From Marsupella aquatica (taxonomy: Eukaryota > Plantae > Marchantiophyta), in NCBI GenBank assembly GCA_973895155.1, contig OZ316899.1, positions 6,823,241 to 6,887,240 on the forward strand: 64,000 nt of DNA, given 5' to 3'. Shown piece by piece: positions 1-12,669 of the stretch. The position numbers and the translations under genes were made by a program. Every line of letters begins with the position of its first letter. The first letter of the stretch is position 1. The notes under the pieces were generated by a model. The model did not search any database, was not told where the DNA came from, and saw only the letters and a list, made by a program, of their open reading frames with translations.

Positions 1-1965
1 ACAAGAGACAGAAATACCAAGGATGTTGGGAAGGGTAGAGAAGCAGGTACAGGCCGACTGTAGTTATTCCTGGCAACAATAGGGTACTCAAAGTACCATG
101 CACACTGGGCAGGAAGGATCCCAAGTCTCACATACTCAAGGCGCAACCTCTCTGCCTTGCGTGCAAGTCGCACATGTTCAGCATTGCGGGTGCTCACCAT
201 AACTGTTGCTTTTGTTCAGATGTCTTGTGTTCACGTCCTCTGACGTCCTTTGATCAGCAAGGTGAGCAGGAGCTGTACTTGCCTCACCAACAACAACCAA
301 CCTGAACTTATCAGTTCCCACTCACTGTGTCATTCCCTTGATTCCAACTAGAGGTCATAGTATAAACTTAGCATGAAACACTCCTAATCAACAATGTTGC
401 AAACTACAATGTCCAGAAACATTGAAAGTCTCTGCCTGCAATGAGCAACAGAGAGGTAGTTCACTGCTTGCAAGAGTGACTGAGCAGGAGTGTAGGCAGA
501 CTGGCATTCAGTTGGCACAACTATATTGTGCATCAGCACAAAAGCTCTTATAAACATGATATGCATGAAACTCGTCGATAAAATAGAAGGAAACTAAACA
601 GTGGATGCAAAACAAAGCAAATTACAGCATAGGTCGGCACAGGAAGTGGCCCGCAGCACTCAGTCGAACTTCATAACCAAAGTACAGACTGTGTACACAA
701 TAAGGAGCTTCCTAAAAAAGAGGCGGGTGGCAGAAAGGTCACTTGACAAAATGAAGATGGGATGAAAAAACTGCCTCCAAGCTCAATACATGTGACCAAG
801 TATATATTCAAAGACGATCCCCAACAGAGCAGAAGACAATATGATCCCAATTACTATGTTCTATCCATAACTACACGATCTGAAAAATGTTATGAGCAGA
901 CATGAAGAAGCCAGCAAAATAGAGGAAACAGAGCAAAACAGAGCATGGATCGAGAAAATGAACAACATCTAGTTCTTACGCAAGAAACTCAGTGACAGCA
1001 AACAAATTCACTAGCCCCAGGAAGTGAAAAGCAAATGAGTACCAAGCCAACCAACTAAGACTGACTATGAAATGCAAGTGACATCATTTCAACCAAAAAA
1101 AAAAATAAAGCACTTAGGCAACATTAATATAGAAGTGTAGTGGAATTATCTCATGCGAACGATCATACTTGGTTCTACCTGAGGTGTACAGGCATACTGC
1201 CCTCAGGTAGAATGTGTATGCCCGCACATACACATGAGGATCCCCAACAAAGCATACAACAATATGATCTGAGTTCCCAATTACTCTGTTCTGTCTATAC
1301 CTATGTTCATCAAAAAATGTTATGAGCAGACATTGAGAAGCTAGCAAAACAGAGGAGCCAATCGAAGCCAAAATATTACATTGCAGGTTGAATACATCAG
1401 TCACTGCCAAGAATGTATGCATGAAACAAACATGAAGGTATCGAATATGTATATGCATTACAGACTTTCATGCTAGATAGTGGCCAAAGTTAAAATGAAC
1501 TAGTTTTGACTTTATGACTCTCAGAATGAAAATATTTTATTTCAGAATTATATTCTATTTCAGAATGGGTTCAACTCTGTGGATTGTGAACTGTCTCACT
1601 TGGAATTCCACTATTTGGGCTATCTAAGAATGCAGTTCAAAGGACATACAGTGCAAGACAGTTAGAGATCATGTCTTCATTCCGACGTCCAATTGGACAT
1701 TTTATGTCACAAACTGCGCAAGCAATGAAGTCCATGGAATTTTCTCAAAAATGCAGCTTCTGTTGTTGGTAAAAGCAACTATGAGTTTCCTATTGAGTGC
1801 CCCCGATGCACAATACTACCAGAGGCCCACTTTAGACTACGATGGCTGTCATTACTTATTGGGAACTTGGATGCATATATATTGAAATGCTTCGCAGAGT
1901 GTTCCGACCACAGGCAAACCTAACATCAATCTCAACATTCAATCCCGTCTCAAAATTGATTTAGA
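1..1965. repeat. Internal segment of a sister CACTA copy (the insertion target); direct repeat of 22026-24209
   Basis: 1-1965 aligns by eye at high identity to 22026-24209 (e.g. gagacagaaataccaaggatgttgggaaggg ... ttgatttaga). The second copy has an extra ~230 bp near 23410-23630. Confidence 0.9.
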
Positions 1966-2250
1966 CACTAGTAGAAACCGGGGTATTTCGTGACCAGACC
2001 ACTTGTGACTGGGGTGACCACGCAAGTGCAACCTTTGAACATCAATCTTATTTTTGAGACGCCACAAGACTTGATAGTCATCAGTAGTCATGTATATGAC
2101 TACTTAAGACAATTGAACTTTTTAAAAATCTTGCTCTATTGAATGAGTCAACATAAGACTATGGCCAATAGTAAGCCAAGTCCAATTTAGTCAACAAAAT
2201 TGACTTGTCCATTCATTTTCATTGTGGCCACTGAACACTTTTAAAAATAA
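1966..2250 (+). repeat. CACTA terminal inverted repeat (inferred 5' end) and subterminal repeats
   Basis: CACTAGTAGAAACCGGGGT at 1966, followed by many GTGAC/TGACT/AGTCA motifs. Confidence 0.9.
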
Positions 2251-3887
2251 TGTAGTGCCATGTGCCTGGTTAAAGGATATTTACCCGATCCCATACACAT
2301 TCTGAGCCATGGGATTACGCTTTACATAGCCATTGACTGATCTATATGCAAGGGGCATAAGGGTTTGCTAGGGAGGCTTTTTTTGTGGTTTTGTGTTACA
2401 TGAAGTGCAGTTTAGGCCTAGCTAACTCATCCACATGCATGTAACCCTTCCTGCCAAAGTTTAGGGGGGGTTGTATGACATGGGTATGGGGGTTATATCG
2501 ATCTCAAGGGGGAGGGGGTTAATCGGGGGACACGCACCATTGGATGGAGTTGATCGCCACCATCAGGTGCAACTTTTCCGTTCCCGCGTACCATGTAGTC
2601 GCACATCCCATTTAGTCACACATGTCTGAGCTTCGTTCGATTGGGAGACGGGAGAAGGTGCAGACACCAAGGCGGAAGTGCATCCTTGCGGCTGGCTAGG
2701 GTGCGCATTTCCTTCACTTTCCCTCGTAAAACTATGAGCTCATTGTGGTGGTGTGGGTCCCGTATGTAACTTCTCCCATTGCCAACCTTCCATCGCTGCG
2801 TGCTGGACACATTTGAGTCCTTGGGCTGCAAGTAGAGCGCATTTGCAGCTGCGCCAAGGGAGGTGATCACTACTGCTGCGGAAGGAGGGAGTCAGTCGGG
2901 AGTTTCGCTAATGCTGCGGAAGGCACTGCACAAGCTTTACTAATGCGGGACCTGTGTGGGAGGCGTAAAGACTTAGGGTGAAGTCTACTGCAACTATCCT
3001 TCTCTTCCAAGCGTATTGTGAGCTCGAACAATGTCGCAGGATTCCTGAGGTGAAGAGTACAAGCTGCGACCAGTCTCAGGAGCAGCTCCTCAATTGTCCC
3101 GGGCATTGGAGCTTAGTGAACTGTAAGTGCGTGCATACCCTTCCAGCTGCGTCTTTGACTAAGGAGCTCATCAATCTTCTTGGGCATTGGAGTTGAAGTT
3201 ATAGTTGAAGTTCTTGGTGGGCAGGAGAACTGAGCGCACGATGCACATTGGCAGCGACAAGGTCCAGGGACCTTTTTTAGCTGTGAGTAGTGACAGTTTT
3301 CCTTTGGGAGTTGGGAGCTCCTACAAAGGAGGTCAGCTGAACAAGCCTCATTGCTATTGGGAGTTGGCATTGGCAAGGAGGGTGGAGGGAACGGATTGGC
3401 AGCTACAACCTACATTGGAGTTGTTGCGACTAACTCAGGACATTGCAAGAGTGTGTTTCGGGTCAGTTTTTGGTTGAAGAACCGAGAAGAGCCTGCGGTT
3501 TGCCATCAAGGAGCTATAGTTGGAGACCGGCCCTCGTAGCTGCATTCTTCCATCCAGCACATGGGTGAGCGAAAGTCCATTTTTATCTAGATCTCATTGT
3601 TTTTCTCCGACTCGTGCTTTGATCCAATGTATGTATTGCTGCTATGTCACCCTGTCAAGAGAGACTGGACATTGTAGCTACTCATTCTTGATCATGTCAT
3701 CAGGCATAGGACCTCAACTGCGATGGAAAGATTCCACATTCTGTGGGGATTGATAGGACTGTTGTGCCTTGCGACATTGGTCACAGTGTGAGGAAAGGAG
3801 CAAGTTCACAACATTGCAGACGTCCAAGTGGCTCTATGCTTTGCTTTTATCAACCTACGACCGGCCAATTGCGCGCTGCGATTTCAA

Positions 3888-4055
3888 TTTAGGGTGGTAT
3901 TTGGAGCTTCACATTTTCCCCGAACACACAGGTGCCTTCCTCTGTCTCTTCTTCTATAGCTCTGTCTTGTGCTTTCATCGAACCCCTTGCAATCGGATGT
4001 TGAATGTGAAGACAAGACTGATTGTTGACACTATACTGAATGCTAAGCCTCCTCT
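3888..4055 (-). repeat. 168-bp inverted repeat of 24207-24375 (original right flank of the CACTA insertion)
   Basis: The reverse complement reads agaggaggcttagcattca...gtgaagctccaaa.accaccctaaa, matching 24207-24375. Confidence 0.92.
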
Positions 4056-4700
4056 CACTAGTAGAAACCGGGGTGTTTTATGACTAAGTGTTACGACTGC
4101 CCATGACTCCTTGTGACTAAAGTTTGGGGGGTATCAAGCCAGTCGTAATTTTGACATAGAGTCTTATTTAAAGTGACTGAAATCGAGTGGTCATTTATGT
4201 GACTAGGGTTTAAGACACATTTTGTGACTAATAATGACCACATCCGTACTTGGGCATTTTGGGATTAGGAGAAGGTGTAGTCTTATAAATGACTGCAAAG
4301 TAGTCATTTGTATGACTCAAAATGAGGTATGAATTAGTCACAAAGAGTCAGTGAGGAAGAGTAGCCTTTCGCATATATGACTGGTGCTATGGTTCAATAT
4401 CAGAACACAAGTGACTGATTATGACTACCTGGTCTTTAAAGTTTAGAGTGTATGGGCACATTAGTGACCGATGATGACTACAGATGACTAATCATTCTTA
4501 AAAATCTTAAGATTGGGCTAGACTGGTTGGTCTTATTGGGGACCACGATGTAATATATCACTTGATATCTTAATGACCCAAAATGACTCATTAGTCTAGT
4601 TCACGACTGCATTCTTTGACCCTTTTGGTCAAAGATTTTGACCAAAAGGGTGAGGCAATTGCAGCCTGCACATACCACTAGAACCATGACTAATAGTCAA
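4056..4700 (+). repeat. CACTA terminal inverted repeat (inferred 3' end) and subterminal repeat array, including a perfect hairpin at 4619-4651
   Basis: CACTAGTAGAAACCGGGGTGTTTT at 4056; dense TGACT/AGTCA motifs; hairpin acccttttggtcaaa-gat-tttgaccaaaagggt. Confidence 0.9.
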
Positions 4701-4961
4701 CTGAAGCATACAAGCATACATTCAAGTACTCAAGCAAACAAGTACACAAGTCTTACATGAAAACATGAGAGACAACATAGTTCTATTAGAATCTTAGAAC
4801 TCATATTAACTATTGAACACACATGCATAATTTCATACAAACAAAGTTGTCACAACATGATCAGTGGATGATCCAGTGAATCTCAATTCAACTCTGCATT
4901 ATGAAATATCTCGGTAACATTTGGCACCAATCATGCAGTTGTTTGTAAGTTTAGGCTAAAA

Positions 4962-7900
4962 CTACAAACCACACATTTCAGGTGTCCCTATGTATTCTGT
5001 TGGCCACAACACCAAAGAGTTCAAAGCATCTGCAATAGTTGTCTGTGGTGGGTCATCATTCAAATTAGGAACTGGCAAAGGGGTCTTTGGCTTCACAAGC
5101 TTTGTCAACAACACTACAGAATACCCTGTTGGTACTTCTTTGCAATGGAATGTTATCTGCTCTGGGCGCAATTTTCCATACCCTACACACAACTCATTTT
5201 GCTGTGGTGAGAACAATACATACTCAGGATGTGCCTGAGTCTTCAATTCTGCATCAGCTTTACGCTTCTTTGCCGCTGCCACTCTACCACTTGCCCTGGC
5301 CCGACTCTTCACCTTCCAAATAGGTCTCCCAGCAGCTGAAAGCTCTACTTCTACTCCACCATCTGTGGTCACACCCTGTATGTCACCTGCCTGTGATGGA
5401 ATTTGGGTCTCCACCTGGCCCTCTGTTTTGCATCCATTCTCACAGGCTTTGGCAACTTCTATAAACTCTTCATATGGATCCAAACTGGGGGTATTCAGTA
5501 CATTGGTAACCTCTGCAATAACAAAATAGCAAGTCAACAGCCTATCAACATTTTTGCCTTATCTCCAATCATGGAAAAATATAACAAAACACATTTTTTG
5601 TCTCATCTCCAATCATGGAAACATATGAGAAACCTTACCTTCCATTGTTGGGGCCATGGTACCCTCCATTGTATCCCTTTCTGTGGGCTCACCCTCCATT
5701 TGCTGTTCAATGTTACCCTCTGGATTCATCAAATTGGAGTAATGTGGCAGGTCTCTAGAACCTCCATTCCATATTGCATTCATTATACATTTGTATTGGT
5801 CTTCTTGCACACGAATAAGCTTTTGAACATCTTCCTTTAAAGCAGTCAACTCACTTGCCATTTCACTCAATTTCACGGTCACATCATTCTCATGAGACTC
5901 CATACATTTCACACGATCTGATAAATTGCTAAGAGAACATGATCCACCTCCCTGCAAACACATATGTCCAATAGAGTCAATCCATTACATATATGGTCCC
6001 ATTGTTCATGCAAACTATGGAATGTGGAGCAAAAAAAACACTATCTGGTATGAGTACTCACTTGATTTGAAGGATCACTTTGGCCAGATTTCTGTTTTCT
6101 TGCTTTAGCTCTCACCTCTTCTTTTGTAGGGGACTGTCCATTTTGTGCCTTGTGCATACAGCATATTTTCACACATTATTTGCTCGGACACAAAAAAACT
6201 CAAATACACTATAGAAGCTAGGTCTGCCAATCCAACGATTATTCTTACCAGCTGCTCTACTATTGGAGCATTCCCTTTCCTTCCTGTCAAGTTAAGGTTC
6301 CAAACGTTGCCACGTGCATATGCCATCTGGGAGCTCTTACTCTTGCCGGATTCACTCAAGAAGTGATGGACTAGCTTGCTCCATTGAAGAGGATCTGTCA
6401 ATGGGGGAGCAGGCATTCTTTGGTCCTCTCCACCTTCTTGAAACAACACGTGCAATCTCCACCTCTCATTCTTCAGAATTGTCTTTGCATGAGCCTGAAG
6501 ACACTCCATGGCTACTCCATCCGGATGCCCCACATATTTCCATTTTGTGGCTACATTGTCAACAACTTGTTGCCAATCCGCTGGATGCTACTGCACAAAA
6601 TTCACCACACTCAAATCCAGCCATCGCAATATTTCACCTTTCAAGTCAGCCAACCAACGATTCTTCCCTGCAAATGCACTGTTCACCCAACGGTTGCTCC
6701 CAATCTCCACTACTCCTTTCTTGGTTCTGTCAGGTCCTGCATTGCTTTCTGTGGTACTGCTTGGTGTGACAGGTTTAGGATTCGCTGGAACTTTTGTATT
6801 ACCTTTAGTGGACTTCTAATGCCCCCTGCATCATCCCACATCCATGTGACATCATACAATAGTAACATCAATACCTTTGTATATGTCAAATAGTGGATAC
6901 CAATTGCAATTGTTTATTGTTTCATAAGTGTAACTTACTAGATGCTTTGTCAACACTCTATGGATAAGAGGCAGGCTCAACTACCTGTACATCTTCCCCA
7001 CTAGCCAACCAATCAGGCTCTGGCCATTGCTCAGAACCATAGGCTACAGTTGTCCCTTGTCCTGCCTCTACTTCAGGTTCATAGTAAACCTCCTTGTCAG
7101 TTACTCCCCAATCAGGATGGGCAGAATCTGCAGTCACATAATTAAGCACTTTAATTAGGTCTTTAACATCACACTAGCATACCCTTTATTTCCAAAGTAA
7201 TTTACATAAATGCCAGAATTGAAGGGCAATCCCTACTCACATCTCCAATCGTCTCTTGTTGCTCCATACTGCTCAGTATGTTGTGTTGGTCTACCTTGGC
7301 CCCGTGTAATGTGTGGTGGTGGTGGACCCGTAACATACACAACAGTGTGCCCAGCAGGTGGTGGTGGTCCATACCCATCCACTTGTGGGGCTGCTCTCCC
7401 CTGAGAGGGTGCACTGTGTGTTGGTGGTGCTCCATACACCACAGTGTACCCCTTGCTGCGTGGGGTTGCTCTAACCTGACCTGCACCTGTGCTGTGGGTA
7501 TGTGTTGTTGCTCTACTTGCAAAGGAGGGTGGGATGTGCCCATCACGTGGTGCAGCTCCATACACAACAGTGTGACCACCTACACCAACAGTTGTTGTTC
7601 CATACCCACTGCTCTGTTGGGTTTTACCTGGAGGTGGAGGTGGTATGTGCCCAACACGCCCCACTGGTCCGGACCCACGTGCAATGTAATGCACTGTGCT
7701 TTGCCCTCCAGATGTTGTTGTACTGTGCCCACGGCCCATACCCCAAGCAGCAAGTCCACCTCTCTTAGCCTGCAAGAACATATGTGCAAGGACAATAAAC
7801 TTAAAAGAAGTATCTTCCTCTGACTTGCCACACTCACATGAGCCAAACATATCACTACTGTGATACACTACTTCAACACTTCATTACCACAATTTTGCTG

Positions 7901-8388
7901 GGCTCCTCCACAGTACGCTTGCCCTGCCCATATTCTTCATCATCTCCATCGGGCTCCTCCTCTGGATAGTACTCTACATCATCAAATTCCTTATGGTTTT
8001 CACCGGACCCAACATCTTGCCCATCATCTGCAGAATCTGCCATCGATGGAATGTCCTTCACTGCTAGTCTCTCACTGTGTCGCCGAGGTCCACTTGCACT
8101 GTCACTGATGCTTTGCCTAGCCCTTTTCTGCACTACACTTCTCCTGTCTGGGAGCCTGCATGCCATCCAAAAGCAACATCCATTGAACAACTCTAGTAAA
8201 CATAGCTACATTCATTCCAATTAACGAGCAAAGTTTGGATAGGTTCTGTGGATGGTAATTGTTCCCTTACAAAGCGGAAAATCCCTGTCTGAGCTCAGCT
8301 CCCAAAGCTGCCAGCCTCTCATCAACATATGCTGCACGTATCATGGCTTGCTTTTCAGATTCACTCATCTCATCATCATCTTCTTCCA
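4962..8388 (-). pseudogene. TnpA: Multi-exon CACTA TnpA-like gene (PTTA/Transposase_24-like core and Tnp1/DUF8039-like C-terminus), decayed
   Basis: Exon ORFs at 7873-8190, 7233-7868, 6958-7149, 6105-6533 (PAPPLTDPLQWSKLVHHFLSESGKSKSSQMAYAR...TGRKG), 5613-5963 (coiled coil) and 4962-5537 (FHCKEVPTGYSVV...PLPVPN...TTIADALNSLVLWP). Lies downstream of TnpD, as in EnSpm. Exon borders are approximate. Confidence 0.7.
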
Positions 8389-8407
8389 TCCTATTCAATG
8401 ACAAACA

Positions 8408-11400
8408 TTATTGCATACGCATGGTGTCAGGCTTAGCCTCTACAAATGGCTCCTCACCCTCCCAAGCATCCACCCGTGTTAGAGGAACATACTCTGTGCT
8501 TGTCTGAACAGTACCAACGTCTCCAGTATGTGGTTGTTCAAATGCACTATGTCTATCTAAATGGAACTCTAGCTTTGACCCTTCTACCCTACGATTTCTG
8601 GGCTGCTTATGACACACTACCCTCCATCCTGGGTTCTCTTCCACATCCAAGAAGAAGGCCTGCTCCACCTGACTGGGATACACAAAAGGCTGCTCCCATT
8701 CGGGCAACTTGGACTTGAAATTGGCAAGCAGAAAGCCATCCCGGTCTCTTTTCATACTGGCCCTGTTACCACGCCACACTTGTCTTACCCATTCACCCTT
8801 CATCAAAATTACAGGAGTGGATGTGGCTCCATAGTCAAGAAGCCAGATATCACTTAGTTCTCCTACATACCCCATCTGCAACACTCCACTACTTTCATCT
8901 GGGCTCTCATGCTGAAATACACAAATGAGCCCACAATCATATGTTACCCTGGAAGAAGTTGTTTCATCTCTCACTCTATAGTGATTGCCATATGCTGCCA
9001 TCCGTTTGTAAGACTTTACCAGCAACCGTGGAGGATTGGAGAGGAGATAGACATCTGCATCCATATTAGGATGGCTTGCATGATGCTCTCGAACTGTGCA
9101 TCTCAGCCATTCTGACATGCATGGGAATGTGGTAGACGTGCTTGATTGAATAGCCTTCTGTGCCTCGTACTCCCTACACATATAAGTGCATGGATTTAGC
9201 AATCAGAGTACACATTCTATACATATCTGCAATTTAGAAACCAAGGGCAGCAAAGAAAATTGAAAACAAGTTACATACAGGGAGACCAAAGTAGGTACTC
9301 ACTCCAGCCAGGGTTGCATTGCATCAGTGTTTTCCAGAACGTACTGATGAGCCAAGTCTCTAATTTCGATGGTCAGCTTCACTGTGGTTGCAGCACCTTG
9401 TAGGACTTCCCCAGACACCCCTTCTTCTTCATCAGAATTCCATACTCGCCTTGTCACATGCTCATAATCTGCTAGGTACTCTGTGATGTAGCCCAGAGTT
9501 TCATCTTTTATATAACCCCAAGCCATACTTGCCTCTGGCCTATAGTAAGATCTCACATGACCTTTCATCAACTTCATGTACCGCTCCAGGGGGTACAACC
9601 AGCGTGCTGTCACCGGCCCGTACTGGTCTATTTCTTCCACAACATGGATGAGCAGATGAGTCATTACATCAAAGAATGCAGGCGGGAAATATATTTCAAG
9701 ATCGCACAACAATAGTGCCACATCTTTCTTCAATTGGGGAAACTGTGCAGCATCCCACACCTTCACACAAACTCTGCGGAACACATCACTCAGACGCAGT
9801 ATAACTTTACGCACAGGCTCTTGCATGAGGCCCCTCAGGCACAATGGCAGGACTTGTTGCATCATGACATGGTAGTCATGGGTTTTCATACTACCAAATT
9901 GGAATTTGTTATCCTTCACATGCCTCTTGAATGCACTAGCATAATCCGTGGGAGCTCGGAGTGAACTCAACCTTGATAAAAAGGTCTGCCACTCTGTGTA
10001 TGTGCAACAATATGGTGCTTGGTACTTCAAAAACACGTTTGCCTTGCTCTGGTGTGATGTAAGCCAAAGGTTGAATTCCCCTGTCCTGTAGATCCATACG
10101 TACAGAGCCCGTGTCCTTTTCTCCACTCAAAAATTGGAGTAGACTCTCGCATATGTTCTTCTCTATGTGCATAACATCAATATTATGTTTGTTTGGATCA
10201 AACTCTTGCAACTCCAAAACATCAAGCAGTGAGCAAATCTCAATCTTCATAATACATACATACTAACTACTTCATACAATCTAACAACTAAATTGACTGA
10301 ATCACATATATGGGTTGTTGGGGAGAGGAGCTTACTCGCCAATACTCCAGCTGCAAGTCCAAAATGGACTGTCATTTCACACCATACAACCTTGCAGGAT
10401 CCCGTACTCCATCCTCTGCTCCTCCATCTGCATCATACTGTGCCTTGGCAGCCCCCCAAGAACTTATTTGCTCCTTCTTCACTCGAGGTTGGGGACTGCG
10501 GAGCTCCGTGCGCTTGTTAAAATGTGCTATAAGATTGGGTCTATGTCTGTAAGGGTGATCAAAGGGCAGAAATTGACGGTGACCCTTTATTTGATACACT
10601 TCAAGGACTTTGAATAGTCACTTGTCACATGGGGGCCACATCTTGTGCAAGCTAAATATCCTTTCCCAACCTGGCCTGCAATCATGCTATGGGCAGGGTA
10701 ATCTGCAATAGTCAACATTACAATAGCTCTAAGCAAGAATGGATTGGCTTCACCAATCCTCTGCAGCATATCATATGTGAGCACTCCAATGTACCATAGC
10801 TTTCTCAGTTCCTCTACTAGAGGAGCGAGATACACATCTATATTGGCTGCAACAGCACTGTCTGGCCCTAGAATCAACAATGCCAACATTACAAAGAACC
10901 GCTTTGTAGTCAACCATGGGGGAAGGTTGTAATTCAAAAGGGTTACAGGCCAACAAGAGTACGCATTGTTCTTCTTGCCAAATGGGTTCACCCCATCCAA
11001 TGATAACCCAAGCCTAACATTCCTTGTCTCCCTAGCAAACTCAGGATACGCATCATCAATCAACTTCCATTGCTTTGAATCTCCAGCATGGCGTTGTAGC
11101 CCATCTCAACTTTTGTTCTTAGCTGCCCATGTCATCAACTCTGATATGGCACGGCTCCTGAACATTCTCTGCAGTCTGGGAATTATAGGAAAGTGACGGA
11201 GCACTTTTGCAGGTTGCTTGGACTTCCCATTGTTCCGGTACCTGTGCTTCCCACATGTAGGGCATGTCAACTTCTTCTGATGTTTGTTTCTGAAAAGAAC
11301 ATGCCCATCAGGACAGACATGTATTGACTCATAGTTCAGCCCAAGTTTTGATATCAGTCTCTTTGCCTCGTACATGTTTTTTGGCACTAGATTACCTCCT

Positions 11401-11907
11401 GGCAGCACTATTTTCTGCAAGAAGGCCAGAACCTCGGACACAAAGATGTTTGGCACATTGTGGTTCCTGGAAAACATCCTGCACCATTTGCTGAACATTG
11501 ATCCCTTCGTTTGTAGGCTGCTGAAGGACTTCGGACCCACCCAGTTGAGTCATCACATCTGCCAACCCACCAGTGAAGAACTGGTCTTGCCTTGCACTAT
11601 TTGCATTCTCAAAGTCAGCCCTCCATTCCTCATCTGAAGAATCAGCCTCATTCGGATCGTTTGTAACACGCCAACGAGGGTGTCTCCCATGAATCTGCCT
11701 CAAGACTCTGGTGTGGGAGCCATTGCATTGAGTGCAAGGACATCTCATTCATGAACTTGGACCTGACCGTGCCACTTTGGCCTGTTCCCAATTCCAGAGC
11801 TTCTGGTCGTGTTGGGAAACCCTCATTGGATGATGTAGAGGCAACCTGGCAGATGTTGGATGGGTCCAAGGGGGAGGGTGACCTATGGACACTCTTCTAG
11901 ACTCCAT
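8408..11907 (-). pseudogene. TnpD: CACTA TnpD transposase (Transposase_21, DUF4218 and DUF4216 regions) with stops, frameshifts and introns
   Basis: Motifs YESIHVCPDGHVLFR, KVLRHFPIIPRLQRMF, RNVRLGLSLDGVNPF, SCWPVTLLNYNLPPW, IDVMHIEKNICESLL, MKTHDYHVMMQQVLP, FPPAFFDVMTHLLIH, WLYPLERYM and PFVYPSQVEQAFF. In-frame TGA at ~11106 and ~10372; frameshifts near 10590 and 10100. Confidence 0.93.
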
Positions 11908-11967
11908 CTTAGAGTTCAGAACACAGGCACTCAGATTTAATTGTCATTTCATTATGAAAGTGGAAAA

Positions 11968-12165
11968 TGTTGTAATAGACAACTAAAGGAACGCTCAAAG
12001 ATACTCCAACAAGATAAGATCCATTACTATTGATGAGGGGATATATATATCCCCTTGGTTACATGGTAGGCAAATGCCCTTATACTGGTCCTATGGTTAG
12101 GAGTTCTCATACTATGGTTAAGGGTTCTCGCCCTATGGTTAAGGGGTAAACTAGGGTTTACAACA
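11968..12165 (-). repeat. Copia 3' LTR
   Basis: tgttgtaatagac...gtttacaaca, identical by eye to 17644-17841; contains the palindrome aggggatatatatatcccct. Confidence 0.97.
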
Positions 12166-12669
12166 CTCCCCCTTGGTTAGTTTATGGAGGAGCATAAAGT
12201 AACCACATCTCTTGAACCTAGGGTATAATCCGGTTTAGGGGTCCACCTGTGTGATGTAGCCTCATTAAAACCTCGCCGCTTTCTTCTCGAGGAAAGAGTG
12301 CTACCATCACTTATATAGGTGGTTTCCCATATCTAATGTCCTGGTTAAGCCTTTTTGCCATGTCTTAGTTAGTGTTAATCGTATGTGCTAAGTGGGGTTA
12401 TGTGAATGTTCCTAATGGGTGTCTAGTCTCCCCCTCAGCTCGTTGCCTGGTGTGCGCCTCGTGTTGTTCTTCATGTCGTTTTGCGTATTGCGCTTCGCTT
12501 CGTGTTGTGCTTTGGGTTAGTGAGGCCAAGTCGGGCGTTTTTGCGTTGGTTTGCGTTGTTTCACGTCGGGGATGTGGTGTGGCGCTCGCCGAGTGTGGTG
12601 GTCGGGCATCTGGAGGCGGCTTCATCGGGCGACAGCTTCGTCGTTGGGTAATCCTTTCGAGCTTCAGTG

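Noticed and set aside
2460-2530. G-run cluster as a functional G-quadruplex or promoter
   Set aside because: Composition only; nothing else in the sequence supports a function.
2616-4083. Short ORFs in the CACTA 5' region
   Set aside because: No recognisable domains, they overlap on both strands, and they are probably non-coding leader sequence.
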